From an uncultured bacterium (GTDB lineage Bacteria > Cyanobacteriota > Cyanobacteriia > Cyanobacteriales > CAWCAG01): 64,000 bases of DNA. The stretch's first letter is position 1. Each line of letters opens with the position of its first letter. Where the stretch lies: NCBI GenBank assembly GCA_964633315.1, contig CAZWGS010000011.1, forward strand, positions 6,879 through 70,878. Reading direction: 5' to 3'. The position numbers were made by a program, and so were the translations under genes. Below, piece after piece: positions 47,539-56,200 of this stretch. The notes beneath the pieces were generated by a model that had not been told where the DNA came from, did no database searches, and saw only the letters and a list, made by a program, of their open reading frames with translations.

Positions 47539-48741
47539 TCACCCACGGCTTAAAGCGCGTGGGCTTTCGCCAACCGCTAAACCTTGGTGTTTTAGTAGCC
47601 CTGAATCCAATGCACAAGACAAAGAATCCGAACCTCGGAGGAGGCTTACGACCCCTCCAATAATAGACAAGACATAGCTTGCGTTTTGATCAGCATCACC
47701 ATGCCAACCGCACTTAGAATTAGTACACTTAAATCTCTTCCCACTTCTCAACCCCAAGTGCATACACCCATGACAAGTTTGAGAGCTGTATCGTGGGGAA
47801 ACTGGGATTACCTCAACTCCGTTAATCAATCCTTTGTATTCAACAAAAGTACGAAGTTGATAGAAAGCCCAAGAATTAGAGCGTCTTCTTTCAGTCTTGC
47901 TCCTAGGTTGTTGGTTGGTTGTGTTTCTAATCCCACTCAGGTCTTCAATAGCCACGATGCTATTAGATTTATGGGCATCAATAATTATGGTTTTGCTGAT
48001 GACATGGTTGACATGGCGTTGAAATCTTTTCTCCCGCCCCGACAGCCGTTTCAACAATTGCCGACATCTACGTCTGCTACTGCGTGTGCCTTTCGAGGCG
48101 CGTTTTTGGAGGTTAGCGCGTTGCTTAGAGTATCTGTCTCTAACATCACGAATTTCTTTGCCAGACCATTTCTGGTTTTGCGAAGTAAATGCTATGTCGG
48201 TGCGCCCAAAATCCACGCCGATAACATTTTCAGATTTAATTGGTTTCGGTGCATCATCCTTAACCTGAATATGAATGTAGTAATTACCATCTCTATGTTT
48301 GCAAAGTTGTGCCGAGGTTGGCTTACTACTTTTAAGTTTTCCAATTTGATAGTTGCTGGTAACGATGGGAATATGTTCTCTACCGCCAACCAAAGTTAGA
48401 CTAACAGACCAGTCTTTCTCGCGAAAAGCAAATATCCGAGCATCATAATCAGCAGATGTCGGCTTGAATGCTTTGACGGGCTTTTTATCTTTCTTAGCGG
48501 TTTTGCGGTTAGCGCCAACCCTCGCGCAAGCCCTGACAGCCAAGTTAGCCGACAAACCGTATCTATCTCTAATAGTTTGATAAACCTGAGATTGAATAGT
48601 AGCTTTGCTAGTTATAGAGGGCTTAACTTCCTGGTTGGCATAGTTACAAGCAGCAGCAAACATCTCAAGAGTAGCGTCAATTTTTGTGACTATTTCTTGA
48701 GAAGGGTTGAGTTTGCAAACTATAGTCAGGACTTGCTTCAT
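47539..48741 (-). CDS. tnpB: IS200/IS605-family TnpB RNA-guided endonuclease-like protein
   Basis: The RuvC triad lies in IGVDFGRTD, IVAIEDLSGI and HGDADQNASYVL. A zinc ribbon CHGC...CTNSKC is present. The start is taken at MKQVLT (48741), because the track's N-terminal extension runs through the end hairpin. Confidence 0.85.
   Translation of the reverse strand: MKQVLTIVCKLNPSQEIVTKIDATLEMFAAACNYANQEVKPSITSKATIQSQVYQTIRDRYGLSANLAVRACARVGANRKTAKKDKKPVKAFKPTSADYDARIFAFREKDWSVSLTLVGGREHIPIVTSNYQIGKLKSSKPTSAQLCKHRDGNYYIHIQVKDDAPKPIKSENVIGVDFGRTDIAFTSQNQKWSGKEIRDVRDRYSKQRANLQKRASKGTRSSRRRCRQLLKRLSGREKRFQRHVNHVISKTIIIDAHKSNSIVAIEDLSGIRNTTNQQPRSKTERRRSNSWAFYQLRTFVEYKGLINGVEVIPVSPRYSSQTCHGCMHLGLRSGKRFKCTNSKCGWHGDADQNASYVLSIIGGVVSLLRGSDSLSCALDSGLLKHQGLAVGESPRALSRG
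47540..47700 (-). ncRNA. Candidate TnpB omega/right-end guide RNA region
   Basis: This is inferred from position (the tnpB 3' end running to the element end) and from the terminal hairpin at 47542-47563. The boundaries are guesses. Confidence 0.35.
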
Positions 48742-48820
48742 GAGCCCGATCGTATCACGAGTGACGGCACTTAAAAGTGCCGAGTCAAAATTCCTCCAAC
48801 GGCTCAAAGCGCGTTGGCTT
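47540..48820. mobile_element. Solo-tnpB IS200/IS605-type (IS1341-like) element without tnpA
   Basis: Same-orientation subterminal hairpins sit at both ends. They are CCCACG-GCTTAAAGCG-CGTGGG (47542-47563) and CCAACG-GCTCAAAGCG-CGTTGG (48796-48817), each followed by GCTT(T/C)C. Confidence 0.7.
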
Positions 48821-48994
48821 CCTTTCTCCCGTACTTATTGTGAAATTTTACGTCCCTACAGGGGTTAAAAATTCAGATATTTTAATTTCCCCAGATGTTT
48901 ACAGACACAGTTACATAACTAGATGTTCATAGCACCTAAAAATTGAGACTGGAAAATTAACAGGAAATTACTTGCACAAAGCATCATCAAACAA

Positions 48995-49049
48995 TAAAAA
49001 ACCCCCGAAGTTTAAAATCGGGGGTAAATTACTATTCAAATTCGAGTGT
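48995..49049 (-). terminator. Rho-independent terminator module, copy A, after the 351-aa gene
   Basis: On the minus strand the stem CCCCCGA/TCGGGGG (49002-49024) is followed by TTTTTT (the complement of 48996-49001). About 55 bp are shared with copy B. Confidence 0.7.
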
Positions 49050-49053
49050 GTTA

Positions 49054-49153
49054 TGCCAAATCCGATTTATACGAGTACCTTATTCTCAATTACAACTTAA
49101 TGTATATCAAGCTTTTCTCAATAAAAAAGGGTTCTCTTGAGGCGGATTTGGTA
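49054..49153. repeat. MITE-like 100-bp segment bounded by inverted CGGATTTGG(T/C)A motifs
   Basis: TGCCAAATCCG (49054-49064) and CGGATTTGGTA (49143-49153) form a 10/11 inverted repeat. Related motifs occur near 19216, 19366, 58917 and 59052. Confidence 0.4.
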
Positions 49154-49216
49154 TGAGGTGCTCGCTGAATATCAGGGCTTGCTTTCTTGAGAGGAGAAAT
49201 ACCTCAGATCAACTTA

Positions 49217-50272
49217 CTACTGTTTGACAAGGGTAGCGACATCAACGTGAGGCCACATAATCAATTTATCAGGGTCTTGAGAAGTAAAGTCATTGATGAA
49301 CTCAAGAGCTGTTGTTTGAGAATATTGCAATTGCAAGAATTCATTTCCGTTTTCATCCTCAACCTCTTCTATCCAGAAGGTAGATTCAAAGGATGTCGCA
49401 TCGGCATTTTTCTTAATGAATGGAATATTGGAAATTCCGCCTTCATTTTCTGTGGAGACGTTATCCAATACTACCGTTTTCACAAGCTTCTGTTTGTCTA
49501 TAACATCTTGAAGCATTTGGTTAGGATTGGATGGAACGAAGGGCGGAACACCTTCAGCTCTTAGATAAGGAGTATTGTATCCTAGTCCGAGAGCTGGTCG
49601 GTCGAGAGCAGGCAAACCCTGAATGGCTGGGATTTGGAAATTTCCTTCTGTCTCAAAATATTTTCCTATTGCTAATAGGGAATCTCCGTGAGGAATTGAT
49701 GAGAGCCGCGATACAATTTTCTTTTCCTTATCCAACAACAACCACATCCCATTTTCTATATGAAGCGGTTGAAATGTGTTAGCGTCGCTCACTACTTGCT
49801 GGTAATGCAAACCGACGACAAATGTATCGATAGGAAATCCCCGGTTAGGAACTGGCGCACCAATAGGAGTGAAAGTTAAGGTCTCTACATAGGGCATAAT
49901 TTCTACGCAAAAGCTCTCATTATCATCCTTGGGAAGCCTTCCGGGACATCCAACACTATTACGAGGAAGTCTGCTGTTAATGGGAACGGCGATCATATTC
50001 CATCCCTTTCCTACCCAGGTACCTGCTAAATCTTTCAGGGGACCTAAATCGTCTACTGTATCTGTTGTCTCATCTGAGAGACGAAGGAAATTAGGCGGTA
50101 GCTTTTGAGAAGGAGATTCAAGAGACTCCAGGATCAATTTATCGATAAGCTCTTTTCCGATAGGCTCTTTCTCGATAATATCTGGTGATGCCTGCTCTTC
50201 AGCCATTGCGGTTAATGGGTTACCAATCAAAATGGTAAGTAGGATTAAACAAGACAGAAGAATTTTTTTCAT
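49217..50272 (-). CDS. Secreted protein, possibly a nitrobindin/FABP-like heme-binding beta-barrel family member
   Basis: It has a signal peptide (ILLSCLILLTILIGNPLTAMA). The spaced pattern LAGTWVGKGW ... ETLTFTP ... VGLHYQQ ... PLHIENGMW resembles the G.W.G.G / E...F / Y.Q / H.E.G pattern of that fold. The function is uncertain. Confidence 0.4.
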   Translation of the reverse strand: MKKILLSCLILLTILIGNPLTAMAEEQASPDIIEKEPIGKELIDKLILESLESPSQKLPPNFLRLSDETTDTVDDLGPLKDLAGTWVGKGWNMIAVPINSRLPRNSVGCPGRLPKDDNESFCVEIMPYVETLTFTPIGAPVPNRGFPIDTFVVGLHYQQVVSDANTFQPLHIENGMWLLLDKEKKIVSRLSSIPHGDSLLAIGKYFETEGNFQIPAIQGLPALDRPALGLGYNTPYLRAEGVPPFVPSNPNQMLQDVIDKQKLVKTVVLDNVSTENEGGISNIPFIKKNADATSFESTFWIEEVEDENGNEFLQLQYSQTTALEFINDFTSQDPDKLIMWPHVDVATLVKQ

Positions 50273-50564
50273 TTAATTCACTCTTTGGTTGTGTAAAAAA
50301 GTAGTGATCACACCCGTTCTACGGAACAATAGACTGTTATCTTGAACCGCTATAGGTGAAATGCTCCTCTGTTATATAGACGTTTGAAAGTAAGGAGTTA
50401 TGAATTTTTTGAGTTAGAGCTCTTTTTTCTAGTTTTATCGATGTAGCTTTTCCCCTTGTAGGGAGTTGGGGAAATAGAGAGTTGGGGAAATATTTGAAGT
50501 TTTGCGTTAATGGTTACTCTGTGAACAGAATTTAGTATTTCCTGTACATAGCGCCATAAAACCA

Positions 50565-50618
50565 TAAAAAACCCCCGATTTTAAACTTCGGGGGTAAATT
50601 ACTATTCAAATTCGAGTG
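50565..50618 (-). terminator. Rho-independent terminator module, copy B, after the DUF4912 gene
   Basis: It has the same flanks as copy A. The hairpin at 50572-50594 is the exact reverse complement of the copy A hairpin. Confidence 0.7.
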
Positions 50619-50652
50619 CGTTAATTACGAATTCAGTCTCAAAATCGCCTGC

Positions 50653-51879
50653 TTACACTAGCCACTCTTCAACAGCTTCTTCCTTTGTATTGGTATTGCG
50701 TGAAGGTGTCTCGCGGTTAAACTTCATGTGAATGGAACGAGTTTGTTCACCATCAGCAGCTACTGCCATGATGGGATAATCAATCAAACCATCCTGGAAG
50801 GACATATGGAAGCGGAAAGTACCATCGGGATTGAGTTTAATTGGTTGTCCGCCAATGGTAACAGTTGCATCGGGTTCTGTTGCACCGTAAACAATTAGTT
50901 CTGCATCAGCAACTAACCAGAATTTGCGAGGGCGTATCGGAGGTGCAGAAGCGGAGAAACCAGACATACCCACACCGGACATATTTAAGCCAGAAGCGGT
51001 GGGAACTGCCCACATACCTACGCCAGAGGGGAAGACGTAGGAACTAACAGCTTGCTGCGGAACCATGGAACCGGGAACATGTTGCATAGAACCGAATAGA
51101 GAACCTGCAACGCGTTGTGCTTCTACTGATTCTGCCATACCGAAAATTTCGTCGTAGATCGCATTTTCGGTAGCAGGCGCTTTCTTGCTGGGGGGAACCA
51201 GGGTAAACACAGTTTTGCCTTTGAGATCCTCATCCCAGTTAACGGTGATGAAGTGGTCTTCAATCCAGTCGGAAGGATAAACAGGAGGAACACGAACAAT
51301 ATCGGAGTTGGCTAAAACTAACCAGCGACCATCAGCACAGCGATAGCCAATTTCTAGCATATAATCGCGATCGCTAACGGGGATGGGTAGATACCATTCT
51401 CTTGCTAACTCATCACAAGGAAACTCTTGTAGGCTGTGGGGACTTTGAACAGTGAGATCAATGTCGGTTACATCGTAGAGACGTAGGGCGATTTGCTGTC
51501 CTCCCTGACGGCGCAAATCTTCCTTGTGTTCGTTAGGAATATCCCAGTAAGTGTAGCACCACTGAGGATCGCGAGGCATGAGGACGATGCGGCTTTCTCC
51601 GTAGCCATGGGGTAAATCCGCTAGTCCTTCGTCCACTGATGCTAAGGTACCGCCTGTACGATCTTCTTGACCTAGTTCAAATTTAGATGCTTCCACCGCT
51701 TCTTTTTCCTCCAAACTGCTAAATTTACTATGTGAGAGCTTTTCACTTTCTGCTTTTTTTACCGCAGCCAGTAATTGCGATTTACGCATCCGACTGTAAC
51801 GAGAGATATTAAATTCACTGGCAACTTTACGAAGCTGCCGTAAAGTCATTTCTTCAAAAGGTGGGCGTTCTTTTGCCAT
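50653..51879 (-). CDS. DUF4912-domain protein with an N-terminal Rho_N/SAP-like helix pair
   Basis: MTLRQLRKVASEFNISRYSRMRKSQLLAAV is Rho_N-like. IVLMPRDPQWCYTYWDIP is the DUF4912 start. Confidence 0.8.
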   Translation of the reverse strand: MAKERPPFEEMTLRQLRKVASEFNISRYSRMRKSQLLAAVKKAESEKLSHSKFSSLEEKEAVEASKFELGQEDRTGGTLASVDEGLADLPHGYGESRIVLMPRDPQWCYTYWDIPNEHKEDLRRQGGQQIALRLYDVTDIDLTVQSPHSLQEFPCDELAREWYLPIPVSDRDYMLEIGYRCADGRWLVLANSDIVRVPPVYPSDWIEDHFITVNWDEDLKGKTVFTLVPPSKKAPATENAIYDEIFGMAESVEAQRVAGSLFGSMQHVPGSMVPQQAVSSYVFPSGVGMWAVPTASGLNMSGVGMSGFSASAPPIRPRKFWLVADAELIVYGATEPDATVTIGGQPIKLNPDGTFRFHMSFQDGLIDYPIMAVAADGEQTRSIHMKFNRETPSRNTNTKEEAVEEWLV

Positions 51880-52855
51880 GATTGTGATCTCCGAAATAAT
51901 TGGGATGGCAGGTAGCTAATTGGGCAAGATGCTTGGTTTTTCTTGAGTTGTACTTTGGTGTCAGTTGTGGCATGAATGTCTTCAACTTCTGCTATTGTGC
52001 CGAGTGCAACCGCCCTAGTATTCAACAGGTAGACTCGGCTATCGCTACCCGTTAACTTACGCTCTCCTGGAACCTTCCTGGGTTTGGTTGTACCTCAACT
52101 CAAGGTTGAATTAGTACAATTGCTTGCTTCCGAGATCGGCGGGGATCGCTTCGTTAATAATATGTAACAAAACTTCTACCCCATAGGTCAAGGGGTTTCT
52201 TAACTCAATTGTGGAGAGATTTACGAGTTTATAGGCATGGCAGGGATCATTATGTCATGAAATCTTGATATTAAGATCCCAAAGAGGGATCAAAGAAAGG
52301 AAAGTGTTGTGGAAATGGGATCTGGGAGTTGCACGAGTCCAATAGTGGTATGTCAAGTTTGGATTAACAGATAAATCTTCCCCTGTTTGTCTGAACCCAT
52401 CATTTCAAGATTGACACTCCAGTAGTTCAGTAGTTTAAAAATTTGGGCAAGTAGACCCCATAAGGACAAGGGACGGGATGTAGCGGTATTTCCCTATTTG
52501 AATAAGTAAGTTGTGATTGAAAAAAGAATATACCTAAGCAGATTAACTATTCACATATTTTTCACAAATTTATGACTAATTAAAAAGCTTTTATAAAGTC
52601 TCTTCTCATTTTCCGGTTAACTAAACTAAGCTGAGAAGTATCAAAGCGAAAGGAAGCTGTAAGTGATTCAAAACACACAAAATTAAGGATTTAGCTCATC
52701 TCTGACTAGTAGCTTACTCATCGATAAATTTACTAAAAAAACTTTTTAAATCTTCCTAAAAAGTAATTATTGCTTCTCGCAATTATTTAATGAATGTGAT
52801 TTTTCTATTGAGTAGTATCACGAAAAATATTTCGTTTTTTGGAGCAAAAATTTTC

Positions 52856-53002
52856 ATGTCTATTACAACTTTTGTTAAAAATTTCTCAATGCTTGTTGCT
52901 CGATTAGTATTTGCTGAAACCACATCTGTCCCTGAAACCGCCTCAGCACTTAGTTTCGTGACAGTAAATGTTCCTGGTGCAAGTTCTACACTCAAGCGCT
53001 AG
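52856..53002 (+). CDS. Possible 48-aa small protein
   Basis: The ATG has GGAG 12 nt upstream, and a good plus-strand terminator follows at 53066-53096. The opposite strand is equally open, so coding status is uncertain. Confidence 0.25.
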   Translation: MSITTFVKNFSMLVARLVFAETTSVPETASALSFVTVNVPGASSTLKR

Positions 53003-53065
53003 AGAAAACAAGTTTAAAACTATTGCGCAGACACAACGAACCTTAAAAATGCTTTTTCTTACTTA

Positions 53066-53096
53066 ATCAGGGATGAAAGTCCCTGATTTTTCTTTT
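53066..53096 (+). terminator. Rho-independent terminator
   Basis: The stem ATCAGGGA / TCCCTGAT with loop TGAAAG is followed by TTTTTCTTTT. Confidence 0.6.
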
Positions 53097-53160
53097 GGTG
53101 GATTAGGCTTTCAGCTTCTCTAGTACTTAGAGAGACATAGACATTAGCCAAAATTAATTT

Positions 53161-53184
53161 AGGGACGTAGAATTCTACGTCCCT
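53161..53184. repeat. Perfect 24-nt palindrome AGGGACGTAGAATTCTACGTCCCT (dispersed family)
   Basis: Read directly. Related copies lie at 57270-57297 and 59631-59658, a half copy at 48843-48859, and degenerate copies at 62401-62455 and 37520-37552. Confidence 0.85.
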
Positions 53185-53251
53185 AAGTTCTAATGCTGTT
53201 CAGTTAATTGTAAAAACCTAGACTGCCAATTTTTCAGTCCTTATTAACTAC

Positions 53252-56200
53252 CTAAACAACTTCTAAATCCACTTGGAATACAAAGTCATTAAAGTCTCCG
53301 TCACCCAAACCTAATTCATCTTCAAAGGCAAAGAAATTATCTCCCAACAGTACCAGATGATCTAAACCATCGGCATTAGCTTCGAGGAAAGGAGAGTAGA
53401 ATTGATCGATATCGCCATCGCTAAGAAGATAAGGTGCATAGAGGAAACCACCAAATAGCGTTGTTGGTTCAGGATTAATTAGGCTGAACTCTACCACACT
53501 ATTATTAACAGCAGCTTGGGCATAACCCTCGTCTCCGGGAGTGAATAATTGTCCTGTTACAGGATCGAAAACTGTACCTGCTTCATCCAAAATGGTGTAC
53601 AAACCACCCACATTACCGAAACCAGCTTCTTCAGTGGCATTAATTGTGGCTGATATCAGTTCTCCTGATTGTTCACTGAGATCAATTAACTCAATTTCTC
53701 CCTGAAGTCCAGTTCCTATTGGCAAGCTTTCTTCAACAACTGCAACATTAACTACGAGATCGTTAAAGTCTTCGCCTGCGCCATCTTCAAAGCCAAGAGT
53801 GAAGCTACCATCTCCCACAGCACTAAAATCTACGCTGTTGGCAATTAAGACGCTATCAAGTAAGCTAGAGTCTGCCAATACCGCATCAGTAGTGGTGTCA
53901 GCTACTACATAGAAGCCGATTTCTTGTCCTGCGCTTAAACCGTCGATAATGCGTCCAGAAGTGGTAAAACCTCTATCTGCAAGAAACTCTTGAGAGGTGC
54001 TTGAAAGGGAAGAGAAAATTACTTCACCACTTTCTAGAATATCGGTAACACTTTGTCCGGGCTCAACAATATAGGTACCAATTTCATTGACGAAGTCTGC
54101 ATCTACACTTTCTAGCAGGAACTGAAGAGTTACTTCTGGATCGTTACCGCCAAGGATAAATGTATCATCGTCAGTTAGCTCCAGACTAGCAGGGACGAAG
54201 TCTTCATCGGTGGTAATAGTACCTACTACAGCTGAATCTGTACCAACGGTGTAGTCTGGATCTGGTGTTAGAGTAAGAGCAATAGTTTCGTCTGGTTCAG
54301 CAATGTCATCTGCCACTGGAGTTATGCTAATAGTGCCAGTGTTAGTACCTGGAACCAAACTACTAATACCATCAATACGTGCACTACCAATATCAGTTCC
54401 AGCTAAGTCTGCGTCACCTAAAAACTCAGCAAATTCAGCGGAAACCAGCAAGTCAGCTTCGCTAATCGAGAGACTATCTATAGTGGTATCAACATCTCCT
54501 GGATCGCCAATATCAAAGAGAATAAGATCGGTGTCTAAAGTATCTTCAACAAAGAAACCACTAGCAAGATCCGTATCCCTTGTAGCGTCAAAACCAATGG
54601 AGAAGTTACCTACATTGGCAGTACCTAGGGCATTAGTGAGGTCAATTGAGCCAGTGTGCTCAATGGTACCTTCTAGAGGTGTTAAACCATTTTCTAGATT
54701 ATAGGTAAAGTCTGTTGCCTCAGCAATAGTGAAGCCTACAGCAGTTTCACCATCGGGGAAACCATCGGTATTAGCATCTACAGTACCTTCAGTTCCGGTA
54801 ACAGTAATGCCTAGAGTAGCTAGAAGTGCTGTATCGAGTCCAACACTGGTAACACCAGAGTCAAGGTCAAATTCTGTAGCCTCAATTTCAATGCTACCGC
54901 TACTGGCATCGAAGGTAAATGTGCTGTCGCTGGTTACAGTGTAATCTTCATCAAGGGTTGCTGTTCCGTCAACGCCGAAGTTTACTGTCAGGTCTTCGTC
55001 AAGGATACCATCAACACTGAAAGTGTAGACCAGGCTTTCTAAACCATCTTCGACTACCGCTTCTGGTGCTACTGCAAGGTTAACAATTGGTCCTGGTGCT
55101 TCGTCAATAACCAATTGTCCTCGAATCTCTCCTGCGGGGAAAGCTTCGGTGTGAATATTCCAGTAGAAGGGTACTTCTTCACCTTCTTCTGCTTCGCGGA
55201 ATGTCTCAACAAAGTTACTTAGGGAAATGGTATTGGGGTCAGTTTCTTCCCAAACTCCTGTTAAAGTAACAGTACCATCGTCATTGAGGACAATTTCGAA
55301 ATCATCGGCATCTTGATCATCGTACTGGGAAGCAACTAGGTCAATCAAACCAAGGACAATGGGACCATTTTCTCCACTGGGTGCATTATGAATGTGGACT
55401 CTGGTAACATCATCCTCGGTGGTTTCTGTAAAAGCTGTACCATCACCGATAAAGGCACCAAAATCCAAACCATCTACTGTTAGGCTGTATTCTAGGGCAT
55501 CACCTGCAGCGTTAAGGGTTAGGATAGAAGTGCCTGTGGCGCTGCTACCGGAAGGAGTAACTTCTTGATCGCCACTTAAAGTAGATTCTATAGCTACTGG
55601 TTCTGATACCGCCACAGCATCAGCAAAGGCGATATTAATGGTGGCGAGAGTGTAATCGGGTTGGGTAAAATCAGCGTTGGCAAAGTTGGGATCATCTAAA
55701 ATACCACCACTACCAGGAGGTAAGAATCCTGTTGTCGCTGTGGTAACAACACCATTTTCATCCACACCTGTATTTGGTGCAGCTTGTCCGAAAAAGGCTG
55801 TATTTGCAGGTATTTCGTCGTTAACTTCCGTACCTGCATCCCGTACTAGGTTACCAGTGACGGTGATAGTTGCACCTTCTTCAGGATCGCCAAGGAAGTT
55901 ACCATCATCGTCAAAGACTTCAAAACGCAAGGGGTTACCGTTACCGACGAAAAAGTCGTTACTCGGTAGCACCATTGAAGCGTAGCTAAAGTAATTGCTG
56001 GTGGGATCATTAGGATCTACCGTGAAGTTAAAAGATACTGTCTCGCCCACATCCAAAGGACCAGGAGCATCACCTTCTAAACCAGGAATGGTAAAATCAA
56101 TTCCTGCATTCTCATCGTTAGAGAAGGCAGCATTTAAAGGACCTGCATTACCATCCTCTGCGATTTGCTCAATAAAAGCAAAATCAGGAAAAATTGACTC

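Noticed and set aside
47686-48399. 237-aa plus-strand ORF and smaller ORFs overlapping tnpB
   Set aside because: It is antisense to a TnpB with all its catalytic motifs. I recognised no family and no ribosome-binding site.
48843-48859. Idea that the solo TnpB element inserted into a copy of the GGGACGTA palindrome and split it
   Set aside because: Only one half (AAATTTTACGTCCCTAC) is present, at the 48.8-kb side. The sequence at the other end (TTAGGGATTGTGC, about 47505-47518) matches the expected half only at TAGGGA. A split target is therefore not supported.
52856-53002. PEP-CTERM-like tail (VPET...LKR) in the 48-aa ORF
   Set aside because: The motif is PET rather than PEP. The following segment is too polar (N, P, G, S, T) to be the required TM helix, and there is no signal peptide or mature domain in front of it.
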